Assembly: GCA_963718895.1 (NCBI GenBank)
Contig: CAVRAG010000007.1
Location: 192,001-256,000, forward strand
DNA: 64,000 bases
Direction of reading: 5' to 3'
Origin: an uncultured Nitrososphaerota archaeon
GTDB lineage: Archaea; Thermoproteota; Nitrososphaeria; Nitrososphaerales; Gagatemarchaeaceae
The translations under genes were made by a program, and so were the position numbers. The notes under the pieces were generated by a model. The model saw only the letters and a list, made by a program, of their open reading frames with translations, was not told the DNA's origin and searched no databases. Shown here one piece after another: positions 50,092-60,005 of the stretch. The first letter of the stretch is position 1. Each line of letters begins with the position of its first letter.

Positions 50092-51627
50092 ATGGCCACG
50101 CAGCGCGATGGCCCCAAGAGCCGGGTGAATCCCAAATATCTGGCGGTGCTGGCAATCGTGCTCTTCGGGAGTGCTGCGATCGCCGGATTCTACTCGTTCG
50201 GCATGCAGGGCACAGGGACGACGAAAACCACATCCACGACTTCGAGCGCGACAACGGCCTGCACGACCGCGGCGCCCGCCGTCGACCAGCAACTTGTCCC
50301 CAAGACGTTCGGAGCCATCACGGAGTATACGCTCTCACCCAACAGGACTCCTGGAGGAATAGCGGTCAATGAGACGGATGGCTCGGTGTGGTTCGGAGAG
50401 TGGGGACTCCCCGGCGTGGCTCATCTCTACCAGAACGGCACGCTCACCGAGTTCCCGTGGCCGTCCTCCAAGTCGACTTCGCTGGGCTACTGCGGGACTC
50501 AGACGAACATCTGGGGCGTCGTCCTCTGGAACGGGTCGGTCTGGGGAAGCGACTTCTTCTACAACAGGCTGGTAGGGGTCAACCCTTCCACGGGTCAGAC
50601 CCAGCAGATAGAGCTCGCAAACGACACGTCGCCGTACACCCTGGCGGTCAGTTCGAATAACTACCTCTGGTTCACGGCGAGCAAGCTTGGCGCCCAGATC
50701 GGCAAGGTGAACCCGACCGACCATGCCGTCACCTACTACAACCTCCCCACAGGAAAGGCTTGGGAGTCGGTCTACATCCTGTTCAAGAACAGTACCGTCG
50801 GGTACGTCCTTGCTCTGGACGCACAGAACTATGACACTACGCAGGTACTGTCCTTCAATCCTACCCTGCCTGATCCGAGCTTCACACCCATCGGCGACAA
50901 TCAGACGCTGTACGCTCCGACTAGCTTGGCCTTGGGGGAAGGGGGGCTTTGGGCCACGGAACACTCGGCGTCTGCCATGGCCTTCCTGAACTTCACGACG
51001 GGTGCATGGACGATATTCCCCGTTTCCACCGTGCCCTACACGCCTTACGCCCTGACCTACTTCGACGCCACGAACGGCACGGATGTTTGGTTCAACGAGC
51101 ACTATGCCAACCGCATGGGCGTGATATACGACAACGCCTCCCAGCTGACCGAGTACAACATCTCGAATCCTCCCGTCTACAACCTCACCGAGATCACCGA
51201 TCCGACCAGTGGCATCAACATGGTGACGATGGGCATCGCGCCGGACGGCGCCTGGTTCGCCGCCTCTAGCGCCCAGACCATGGGATTCGTGAGCGGTTCC
51301 TACCTTCCCCCGTTCGCAATCTCCCTCAGCACGCACAAGGTCCAGCTCGCCCCGGGCGGTTCGGCGCAGATCTCAATCACCCTCTCAGGAGACACGATTG
51401 GCAGAAACCTCTCGCTCCAGTTCTCCGACAACGAGAACTACAGTGGTACTCCTCAACAGTTATCCTTCACGACCCCCGCGCCGATAGCCTCTACTGTCGG
51501 GACCAACTCGATCGCGATGACTATCCAGGCGGCCAGCGGCATCCAGCCGGGAACCTACCTCGCAGCCGCCACTGTCACCGACGGAAGCATCTACAGGTCT
51601 GTCTACTTCACCGTCATAGTGACGTGA
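50092..51627 (+). CDS. Membrane-anchored Vgb-lyase-like beta-propeller protein with C-terminal Ig-like domain
   Basis: N-terminal TM and T-rich linker; repeated P..IA....G.VWF.E blades; many N-x-S/T sequons. Confidence 0.7.
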   Translation: MATQRDGPKSRVNPKYLAVLAIVLFGSAAIAGFYSFGMQGTGTTKTTSTTSSATTACTTAAPAVDQQLVPKTFGAITEYTLSPNRTPGGIAVNETDGSVWFGEWGLPGVAHLYQNGTLTEFPWPSSKSTSLGYCGTQTNIWGVVLWNGSVWGSDFFYNRLVGVNPSTGQTQQIELANDTSPYTLAVSSNNYLWFTASKLGAQIGKVNPTDHAVTYYNLPTGKAWESVYILFKNSTVGYVLALDAQNYDTTQVLSFNPTLPDPSFTPIGDNQTLYAPTSLALGEGGLWATEHSASAMAFLNFTTGAWTIFPVSTVPYTPYALTYFDATNGTDVWFNEHYANRMGVIYDNASQLTEYNISNPPVYNLTEITDPTSGINMVTMGIAPDGAWFAASSAQTMGFVSGSYLPPFAISLSTHKVQLAPGGSAQISITLSGDTIGRNLSLQFSDNENYSGTPQQLSFTTPAPIASTVGTNSIAMTIQAASGIQPGTYLAAATVTDGSIYRSVYFTVIVT

Positions 51628-51795
51628 TGAAAGCCGAAACCTGTAAAACCCAGGCCTAGGGCAAAGTCCAAGGCTCGAGAAGATCTCTGGCGAGAGAAGA
51701 CGGAGCGGATAAGCATACCCGGAATGCTACATCATTACTTCCTAACGTCTTATGGTTATGCCCTGCTTAAGCACCCCTCTCTCAGAGATCCTGTC

Positions 51796-51933
51796 ATGCG
51801 AAGACGCCAGCTGATCCCGGTCATCATCAAGCGAGAGCCGGCAGAAGAAGACAGGATCTCGGAGAGGATGTTCGCGGACTACAGGGAGGAGAACGGCAAA
51901 GACCTAGAGAGGGAAGGTTGCGGCGAATGGTAG
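51796..51933 (+). CDS. Possible small hypothetical protein (45 aa)
   Basis: ATG..TAG MRRRQLIPVIIKREPAEEDRISERMFADYREENGKDLEREGCGEW with TTAAG about 25 nt upstream. Confidence 0.3.
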   Translation: MRRRQLIPVIIKREPAEEDRISERMFADYREENGKDLEREGCGEW

Positions 51934-52113
51934 TCGCACCGGCGCAGCTGCAGTGTTGTCCACTTGCGCGTTTGCGATACGTTAGGATGGATTCACGACT
52001 ATTGTCTGCGACGAAATAGCATGCTCACCGTGCATAATCTATGAACCATATAGGAAGTTCAACAAATATATAGACGCCCCGAACTCCTTTTCGAACGCGA
52101 ATCGGTGTTCTTG

Positions 52114-53175
52114 ATGGCAACATTACAAGAAAAGGAGAGACGGAAGGTCCAGATCTCTGGCAAGTCGTCGTGCATGGTCGCCCTCCCCAAGAAGTGGGTC
52201 AAGGAGATGGGGCTTCGGCAAGGCTCTGAGATCGTAATAACCCGGCCGAGCCTTTCATCGCTCCTCGTGACGGCCGACGTCACTGAACCAATCAGCGAGA
52301 AGCAGGAGGCGATAATCGAGGTCTCCGAACGGGACAGCCCCGATCTCCTCTTCAGGAAGATCGTCTCGCTCTACATCCTCGGGTACAACCAGATCAGCAT
52401 CAGGGGCGCGAACGGTTTCCTCAGCCCGGCCAAGAGGGACGCCATCAAGGAGCTCGTGAGAAGGCACCTCATCGGGACGGAGGGAGTCGCCGACTCGAAG
52501 GAAAAAATCACAGTGCACGTCCTCCTCGGATACTCCGAGCTGAGCGTCGACAACGCTCTGAAGAAGATGCTGCTCATCACATCCTCGATGCACAGGGACA
52601 CTATCGTAGCGCTCGAAAACATGGACAAGGCTCTCGCCGATGGCGTGATCCAGCGGGAGGATGAAGTCGGGAGATTCGGCCTCTACGTCATCCGCCAGCT
52701 GAACATGTCGATAAACCAGGGAATCTTCAAGGAAGCCATACTCGAGCCGAGGGACCTCCTCGGCTACACCCAGGTCGCAAGGACCGTCGAGCGGATTGCG
52801 TCCCACGCGGGCAGGATGGCCAAGGTCGTCGCAGGACTCGAGAAGGGCCTACCAAAACCACTGGTCGTGAAGCTGAGTTCCACGAGCGAATACGCAGCCG
52901 GCCTGGTCGAGGAAGCGCTCCTTTCCCTGTTCAAGAGGGATCACGGGGGAGCGGACATAGTCGTCGAGAAGGCGAAGCGGTTCATCGAGATGGAGGACGA
53001 ACTCGTCCGTTCCATGGACGAGAAGGAGATGCGGGCGTACTACACGATCCACGTGCTGGTGGACTCGCAGAAGAGGATAGCCGAGTACGCGAGGGACATC
53101 GCAGAGGTGGTCTTGGACCTCACCATAGAGAGGGTCGTCAGAAAGGAGGTGGCACCCTTTCTCAGGGCCTCGTGA
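52114..53175 (+). CDS. phoU: Archaeal AbrB-PhoU phosphate uptake regulator
   Basis: RKVQISG.SS..VALPKKW AbrB N-terminus; IVSLYILGY; PhoU repeats EDEV.RF, ERIA.HA, RIAEYA.DIAE. Confidence 0.88.
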   Translation: MATLQEKERRKVQISGKSSCMVALPKKWVKEMGLRQGSEIVITRPSLSSLLVTADVTEPISEKQEAIIEVSERDSPDLLFRKIVSLYILGYNQISIRGANGFLSPAKRDAIKELVRRHLIGTEGVADSKEKITVHVLLGYSELSVDNALKKMLLITSSMHRDTIVALENMDKALADGVIQREDEVGRFGLYVIRQLNMSINQGIFKEAILEPRDLLGYTQVARTVERIASHAGRMAKVVAGLEKGLPKPLVVKLSSTSEYAAGLVEEALLSLFKRDHGGADIVVEKAKRFIEMEDELVRSMDEKEMRAYYTIHVLVDSQKRIAEYARDIAEVVLDLTIERVVRKEVAPFLRAS

Positions 53176-53202
53176 TCGTCGACCCGGGCGGGCGGTGGGT
53201 CC

Positions 53203-54078
53203 CTACTTCCTGAGGCTCGCCGTGAGAAGCTCGGGGATCTCGGCAGGCGTCGAGGCGACCTTCACTCCGGCAGCTCTGAGCGCGGTGATCTTCGAGTCTG
53301 CTGTCCCTGCGCTGCCATAGATTATCGCGCCCGCGTGGCCCATCCTCTTCTCTCTGGGAGCCGCCCTGCCCGCGACGTAGGCAAGGACGGGCTTGGGGAA
53401 CCGGGACTCGGTGATGTACTTCGCGAGCCTCTCCTCGGCGTCCCCTCCGATCTCCCCGACCGCGACCACGGCGCTCACCTCGTCCCGCATCCGAACCCAG
53501 TCGAAGCAGTCTATCAGAGACGAGCCGTTGATTGGGTCGCCCCCGATGCCGAGCGCCACGGACTGGCCGAAGCCGTTGGCTGAGAGTTGGTTCGCGATCT
53601 CATACATTAGGGTCCCGCTCCTCGAGAACAGGGCGATGCTGCCAGGCCTGAACGAGGTCGCAGGCATGATCCCGAGCTTGATGAGCCTGGATGGGATGAT
53701 TAGACCAGGCGTGTTCGGCCCTATGACGGTGGCCCCGAGCGTCTTGGCGAGCTCGACGAGCTTGAGTTCGTCCCGAACCGGGACGTGTTCCGTTATGGCG
53801 ACCAAGAGCTTGATGCCCGCGCGGAGCGCCTCCTCGGCTGCGGCGTAGAAATACGGTGCGGGCACGAAGACGACCGAGCTCTTCGCTCCGGTCTTCTCGA
53901 CGGCGTCCGCCACCTTGTCGTAGACCTTCACGCCCGTGACCCTCTCGCCTGCTTTGCCGGGAGTCACCCCGGCGGCTATGTTCGTCCCGTACTGCAGCAT
54001 CAGGGTGGTGTGGAGGCTGCCGAAGTGCCCGGTTATCCCCTGGACGATCACAGGCGCGCCCTTCTCCGGCAGTATCAT
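53203..54078 (-). CDS. sucD: Succinyl-CoA synthetase alpha subunit
   Basis: VQGITG, GVTPGK, GPNTPG, SRSGTL.YE, GIGGD, GEIGG, MGHAGA. Confidence 0.95.
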   Translation of the reverse strand: MILPEKGAPVIVQGITGHFGSLHTTLMLQYGTNIAAGVTPGKAGERVTGVKVYDKVADAVEKTGAKSSVVFVPAPYFYAAAEEALRAGIKLLVAITEHVPVRDELKLVELAKTLGATVIGPNTPGLIIPSRLIKLGIMPATSFRPGSIALFSRSGTLMYEIANQLSANGFGQSVALGIGGDPINGSSLIDCFDWVRMRDEVSAVVAVGEIGGDAEERLAKYITESRFPKPVLAYVAGRAAPREKRMGHAGAIIYGSAGTADSKITALRAAGVKVASTPAEIPELLTASLRK

Positions 54079-55172
54079 GCTGCGCTCACCGCGGCCTCGA
54101 CCGCCTCTTGCGCGCTCGCGTAGAGCTTCACGGGGACGCCGTCAAGAAGGCTCTTCGCCTGCGCCTCCTCCGAGCCGCTCAGCCTGGCGTAGATCGGTTG
54201 CATGCCGCCCTCGGCCACGACGTTCTTGAGCCCCGCCGCGACGTCGGTGGTGCGGGTTATCCCCCCGAAGATGTTCACGATCACCCTCTCCGCGTTGGGG
54301 AGCTTCCTCACGAGCCGCATCGCGGCCTCGACCCTCTGCTGCTGGGAGCCTCCGCCGAGGTCGAGGAAGCAGGCCGGCTTGCCTCCAGCGTCGGACACGA
54401 GGTCCAGGGTCGATAGGACGAGCCCAGCGCCGTTCCCTACCACGGCTATGTCGCCGTCCAGCCTGACGAACGAGAAGCCCTCCTTCGAGGCCTCGCCCTC
54501 GAGGAGGTCCTCGGGCGGCAGCTGGGAGAACTCGGGGTGCCTGAAGAGGGCGTTGTCGTCTAGGACTATCTTGGAGTCGAGCGCTATCATAGATCCGTCA
54601 TCGGCGATCGCAAGGGGGTTGACCTCGGCCAGCTCGCACTCCTCCTCTCTCGAGAGTCGCTCGAGGTCCATGAGGATCCTCACGAACTGAGCCTCGTCCT
54701 GCCCCCAGAGGTTCATCCTGAAGGCGAACGACTTGGCCATCGGCTCTCTGAGACCGTCGGCCGGGATGGGTTCGATTATCTTGCCCTGCATCGACTCGAC
54801 GTCCACGCCCCCGACCCTTGCGCCTATGACCACGAAGCTCCCAATCCCCCGGTCGAGAGTGACCGAGAGGTACATCTCTTCACGGTGGGGGGTCGCCTTC
54901 TCTATCAACAGGGAACTGGGCTTCTCGCCGCCTATCCTGAGCCCCATTATCCGGGTCGCCTCCTTCCTGGCCTCGACCCTTGTGCTCACAGTCACGACCC
55001 CGCCAGCCTTTCCCCTGCCCCCCGCCAGAACCTGGGCCTTGACGACGGCGGGGAGGCCCACCTTCTGGAGGGCCGAGTCTACCTCCTCAGTGGTCCGGGC
55101 AAGCGCGGAGACGGGGACGGGGATTCCGTACTTCCTGAAGAGGTCCTTCCCTTGGTACTCGAAGAGACGCAC
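54075..55172 (-). CDS. sucC: Succinyl-CoA synthetase beta subunit
   Basis: L.EYQGK, KAQVLAGGRGKAGG, EVNPL, DDNALFRH, NGAGL, FLDLGG, NIFGGI. Confidence 0.95.
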   Translation of the reverse strand: MRLFEYQGKDLFRKYGIPVPVSALARTTEEVDSALQKVGLPAVVKAQVLAGGRGKAGGVVTVSTRVEARKEATRIMGLRIGGEKPSSLLIEKATPHREEMYLSVTLDRGIGSFVVIGARVGGVDVESMQGKIIEPIPADGLREPMAKSFAFRMNLWGQDEAQFVRILMDLERLSREEECELAEVNPLAIADDGSMIALDSKIVLDDNALFRHPEFSQLPPEDLLEGEASKEGFSFVRLDGDIAVVGNGAGLVLSTLDLVSDAGGKPACFLDLGGGSQQQRVEAAMRLVRKLPNAERVIVNIFGGITRTTDVAAGLKNVVAEGGMQPIYARLSGSEEAQAKSLLDGVPVKLYASAQEAVEAAVSAA

Positions 55173-55284
55173 GCCCGAGCGACCTCCGGATATTGCATAA
55201 ACTTAACGGAGGATCAGTCTGGACGAGAGGGACCCCGTGTCCATTAAGGATAAATAACAATCGGCTTTGCGCGCCTCGAAGAAA

Positions 55285-55569
55285 ATGACCGAGCAGCGAA
55301 ACGACAGCACCGTGTTCGTGGGCAAGAAACCAGTGATGAGCTACGTACTGGCATGCCTGACGCTCTTCCAGAACGGGACCGTGGACATCACCCTCAAGGC
55401 ACGCGGGCGGGCGATATCCAAGGCCGTCGACGCCGCTCAGATACTGACCAAGAAGTTCGTCCCCGACGTCACGGTGAAGAGCATCGAGCTCGGGACCGAG
55501 CTCGTAAAGAGCCTGGACTCCGGCGTGACGAGCGACGTCAGCTCGATGGAGATCCACCTCTCGAAGTGA
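55285..55569 (+). CDS. albA: DNA/RNA-binding protein Alba
   Basis: VFVGKKPVMSYVLA, KARGRAISKAVD, VS.MEI.L. Confidence 0.95.
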   Translation: MTEQRNDSTVFVGKKPVMSYVLACLTLFQNGTVDITLKARGRAISKAVDAAQILTKKFVPDVTVKSIELGTELVKSLDSGVTSDVSSMEIHLSK

Positions 55570-55659
55570 GCCGTCCCTGACCGGACGGGCGACTGTGTGT
55601 GGAGGTTCTATCGCGGCCGATATTTTTATATTGGAAGCAATCGCTGGCTTTCTCGTATC

Positions 55660-56191
55660 TTGCCACTTAGGATTCCCATTTGCGCATTCGACGCAAAGAC
55701 AGGCATCCTTTGTGGCAAATGTCAGGCCAAGCTCACAGCGGGCCAGATCACCGAGGCGGACATCCAGGTCTCTCGCGCCCTGGTGAAGCTCGCCGAGAAG
55801 ATTCCGGACGTGAACAAGATGACGCTCCTCAGGAGTTTCCACGTCGATGGGAGCTACGTGCTGGAGGTCGAGCAGTCAGATGCAGCAATCGTGCGCTCAA
55901 AGCCCGAGATAAAGCAGAAGCTGGAGGAACAGCTCAAGGGCCGCGGTCTGGGTGATAGCGGCGTCGAACTCTGAGAGGAGGTTCCTTGAAGACCTCTTCT
56001 ACCCGATAAGGCTCCTGACCGTCAACACCGTCTGGCTCCCCGACGGGTCGAAGCTCACCAAGGCGATAATACCCGGTCGGAGGGTCGAACGGCTCTCTGG
56101 CGAGATCGAGCTCCTCAAGAAGATAGTGAAGCAGGTGAAGGGCATCGAGCTCATGGTCGAGTTCGAGCGCGAAGCCACGGTGCGGCTCTGA
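55660..56191 (+). CDS. Archaeal NusA-like KH protein with N-terminal Zn-binding motif (frameshift near 55945)
   Basis: PICAFDAKTGILCGKC N-terminus; L.P.....VNTVWLPDGS in the second frame. Confidence 0.75.
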
Positions 56192-56217
56192 AGACGCGGC
56201 GGGCAGAGTCCCTTTTG

Positions 56218-57532
56218 CTACGGCTGCAACCTTTCAGGATCTCGTGGGAAGAGCGCCGCCTCCTTCACGCTCACGATGTTGAGCAACTGGGCCGTGAACC
56301 TCTCGATGCCCAGGGAGAACCCACCGTGCGGCGGCACGCCGTACCTGAACGGCTCTGTGAACCATTCTAGCGCCGCTTCGTCCATGCCCTTCTCGCGGAT
56401 CTGCTCGACGACCCTGTCGTAGCGGTGCTCCCTCTGCCCGCCGGACGAGAGCTCGAGCCCCTTGTACATCATGTCGACCGAGCGCGCGTACCTGGGGTTC
56501 TCGTCGACGCGCATCACGTAGAAGGGCTTGACCTTCGACGGGAAGCGGTTCACGAAGAAGAAGTCCGAGCCGAACTCAGTCTTGACGTGCTCGCTGAGCA
56601 GCTTCTCAGACTCCCTGTCGAGGTCGGAGTCCTCGGGGAGCTTGTGACCCAAGCCCTCGAGTACGGGATAGATGTCCGGGAAGGAGAGCTCGGGGAAGGG
56701 CGTCTTCGGCTCCTCGAGCGAGACCTTGAGGAGCTCGAGCTCGGAGCCGCAGGAGCCCAGGACCGACTTGATCCCAGACACTATCATCCCCTCCTCCACG
56801 CGCATCGTGTCCCTCTCGTCGGCGATGAACGACATCTCTGGCGCGATTGTCCTGTGCTCGCTCATGTGCCTCGGGGTGTGTGAGAGCTCGGCGCTGCCAG
56901 TTCGGACCGAGGTCGTACACCTTTCCCAGACCTCCTGCCATCGCCAGCTGTCTGTGCAGCTGCGGGTCCTGGCGCAGGAACGCAGGCTTGCCGTAAAAGT
57001 CAATCTTGAAGACCTCGGAGCCTCCCTCTGAGATCCCTCCGAGTATGCTCGGCGTGAAGACCTGGAGGAACCCTTCCCTCCGGAGGTAGGCTTCCATCCC
57101 GTAGACCAGCGCGGCTTCCACCTTGAAGAGGGCGGTGGTCTCTGGCCTCCGCAGGTCGAGCGTCCGCCACTGGAACCTCGTATCGAGGTTGGCGTCGGTC
57201 ACACCCCTCGGGTCGAGGGGAAGCGGCGTCGCCGAGGCGCTCAGGACGGTGATCGAGTCCGGGATTATCTCGAAACCGTTCCTCGCTATCTTGGACTCCT
57301 TGACCAGGCCGAGGCACAGGATGACGTCCTCCGGGTGCAGCGCCGAGACCGCGTCCAGCACCTCCTTCGTCACGCTCTTCTTGGGGGTCGTGACCTGGAC
57401 GATGCCCTCCCTGTTCCGAAGCAGAACGAAGTTGATCCCGCCGAGCAGGCGGACGTCGTGAACCCACCCAGCGACCCGAATCTTCTGTCCGATCCTGCTC
57501 CTAATCTCCGCGATGGGGAGAAGCTCTTCCAA
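56218..57532 (-). CDS. aspS: Aspartyl-tRNA synthetase (archaeal type; frameshift near 56900)
   Basis: AGWVHDVR.LGG, PLPLDP, LDLR, EGGSEVF, PQL, KPFY, ELSSGGQREH, PPHGG..LG.ER, FPRD. Confidence 0.93.
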
Positions 57533-57650
57533 GGCACCTCCCGCTCTCGGTTGGAGCTTAATGAAGATTGAAGAAACCGGGGTTTGCAGGAGCGTTTTCG
57601 ACCGGGGAGATCCCCTCGCCGCGGAGGAACGCGGACGAGGGCGGAACCGG

Positions 57651-58904
57651 TCAGAGGGCCTTGTACTGTTCGGTCCAGTTGGTGTAGGCGCGGAGCATCT
57701 CAGGAGAGACGCTGGGCCGACGCGACTTCATTATCTCCTTGAAGTCGGTCATCACTATCGGCCGGGGCTGCACAGACTTGTCGACGGCCCTGCCGCTCTC
57801 GAAGAGCTCGCGCACGACCCGCAGCTGCCCGCCCTGGCAGATGTCCCGGATGTCCGAGCCGGAGTAGCCCTCGGAGATCCTCGACAGGTCCTCCAGGCTT
57901 ATGGTCTGGTCGACGTTTATCGGGGCGGTGTAGTTCTTGAACATGGATATCCGGCCTTCGAAGTTCGGAAGAGGGACGTAGATGCGCTTCTCGAAGCGGC
58001 GAAGGAACGGCCAGTCCAGAGCCCAGGGCTTGTTCGTCGCGCCAATCGTGTAGAGGTGGGTGTGCTTGCCCTTGTCCTGGATGCCGTCCATCTCCTTGAG
58101 GAACTGGTTCCTGACCCTGATCTCTCCTCCGACCTCGTTGTTGCGGGAACCGAGCATTGAGTCGAGCTCATCGATGAATATGATTACGGGGTCCCCCTTC
58201 TCCAGCAGCTTCCTGGCCTCGGTGAAGAGCTTCGCCACATTCTTCTCGGCCTCCCCCAACCACTTCGACATTATCGATGCCGCGTCGATGGAGATGAAGT
58301 AGCCGTTGATCTCGGCCGCGGTCGCGGCGGCGAGGATCGTCTTTCCGCACCCGGGAGGACCGTAGAGGAGCATCCCTCGGGGCCAACCGAGGGGAAAGAG
58401 GTCGGGCCTCTCGAACGGGAAGACAATCGACTCCCTGATCGCCCTCTTCGCGTCGTCTAGGCCTATCACGTCATCCCACCTTACGTTCGGCTTCTCCTTG
58501 ACCACGAGCTCGTTGAACGAGGACTTGAGCTGCTGGACCATCTGTGGCCCCTTCGACCCTCCGTTGCCTCCCTCGGGCGCGTGCCCGTTGCCTCCCTCTG
58601 CCACGGCACCCGTGGGCACCGCCATCGGGGTGAAGGTCGATTCTTCCGGCTGTATGTCTCTGGGTATCAAACCGTGAGCCTGCTGGATGGCCTTGACCCT
58701 CTCCTGGTAGAGCCCGGCGCGCTCCATGTAGTGCCTGTTCAGCTTGTAGTCGGGATAGAGGTGGACCAGCTTGATGAGGGTCGAGATCGCCCTCTGGTAG
58801 TTCTGGATCGCCATCCCGTGCGCGCCCTGGGAATCGAGGCGGATAGCCTCGCCCGCGTACTTCCTTGCATCTTCTTCAAGCTCTCTGGCAGCTACGACGC
58901 TCAT
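57651..58904 (-). CDS. cdvC: Cell division AAA ATPase CdvC (Vps4)
   Basis: N-terminal MIT domain (A..AI..D..G....AI..Y..AI), GPPGCGKT, SKWLGEAEK, FIDELD, NKPW.LD..FLRRF.KR. Confidence 0.93.
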   Translation of the reverse strand: MSVVAARELEEDARKYAGEAIRLDSQGAHGMAIQNYQRAISTLIKLVHLYPDYKLNRHYMERAGLYQERVKAIQQAHGLIPRDIQPEESTFTPMAVPTGAVAEGGNGHAPEGGNGGSKGPQMVQQLKSSFNELVVKEKPNVRWDDVIGLDDAKRAIRESIVFPFERPDLFPLGWPRGMLLYGPPGCGKTILAAATAAEINGYFISIDAASIMSKWLGEAEKNVAKLFTEARKLLEKGDPVIIFIDELDSMLGSRNNEVGGEIRVRNQFLKEMDGIQDKGKHTHLYTIGATNKPWALDWPFLRRFEKRIYVPLPNFEGRISMFKNYTAPINVDQTISLEDLSRISEGYSGSDIRDICQGGQLRVVRELFESGRAVDKSVQPRPIVMTDFKEIMKSRRPSVSPEMLRAYTNWTEQYKAL

Positions 58905-58909
58905 CGCAA

Positions 58910-59776
58910 TCATTCACTCCTGCGTTGTGACCTGACCTTCCCCGCGGCGACTAGGCGGATCATCGACTGTTCGACCTCGTCTTGGGGTATTCCGAGGTTG
59001 ATGGATGTCTCAGAGACGTCGATGACACCGTCGTGGGAGGTCGCGTACTTCAAGACCTCTCCCTCGACCTTGGGGTCGGCGCTCGGGCCGAAGATGGTCC
59101 CGAGGATTATCTGCTCGTCTTCGCTGTCGTCGCCCGTAGCGAGTATGGGGATGCGGTCGTCCGTTCTGTGGATCTCCTCCTCGTACCTGCTCGGCATGAG
59201 GTGAAGGCTCGTCTTCAGCCTCTCGGCCTGCTCCTCGGCGAACTTCTGCGCCTGCTGGACCAGCTCCTCCGCGTTCTCGGTGTGCACGTCCACGGTGATT
59301 CCGGGCGAGATCTGGCCCATCTGGGCCATCGTCTCGGTCAGCGTGTTGTTGATGCTCGCCGAGGTGGCGTCCAGCGCCGGTCCGAACTCCTCCATCGTCT
59401 TGGAGACGGTCTTCAGGGACTTGAAGGCGGCACCCACGTGGACCATCGCGTCGCCCACCTCCATTATGGACTGGAGACGGAGGGATACCTGGGTTAGGGC
59501 GAGCTCGCTCGCCTCGACTATCCTTATCGTCTTCCTGATCTCGGCGTGCTCGTTCGCATAGACGTTCGCCTTCGACTTGTTCTTCTCCTGGAGCGACCGG
59601 ACGGTCGAATCGAAGAGCCTCTGCCTTCGCTCGGCGAGGCGGCCCTTGAGCCCCTCCAGCTCTCTCCTCTGGACCTCGATCTCCTTTAGCGCCACGACGA
59701 TCTTGTTCTTGTAGTCTCCCTCCTTCTTGCCGTGGAGTGAAAACACCGAGCCAAAAGCACCCAAAGTAATTCCCAC
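58910..59776 (-). CDS. cdvB: ESCRT-III protein CdvB with C-terminal winged-helix-like domain
   Basis: Snf7 core (ANEHAEIRK...LAL.QV.LRL....GD) plus C-terminal VLKYATSHDGVIDVSE....LG...EV...L...G; directly upstream of cdvC. Confidence 0.82.
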   Translation of the reverse strand: MGITLGAFGSVFSLHGKKEGDYKNKIVVALKEIEVQRRELEGLKGRLAERRQRLFDSTVRSLQEKNKSKANVYANEHAEIRKTIRIVEASELALTQVSLRLQSIMEVGDAMVHVGAAFKSLKTVSKTMEEFGPALDATSASINNTLTETMAQMGQISPGITVDVHTENAEELVQQAQKFAEEQAERLKTSLHLMPSRYEEEIHRTDDRIPILATGDDSEDEQIILGTIFGPSADPKVEGEVLKYATSHDGVIDVSETSINLGIPQDEVEQSMIRLVAAGKVRSQRRSE

Positions 59777-60005
59777 TAACCACTCTTGAGAGTACCGGGG
59801 ACGGACTTGGTAATCACCATCTTGGTCAACAATCGGAAACAAAAAACTAAACGTGTGACAAATCTTGCACCTAGAAGAAGAGGAGCGCGCATCAAAGTAT
59901 GGGCACCCTCACAAGGCATTGAAGAAAAAAGAGGAGTGGAGTGGGTGTTTCGCCCGCGCGGCAAGTTTCTCAGCCCCGCGGGCATGTACCCCACTCTCGG
60001 TTTCC

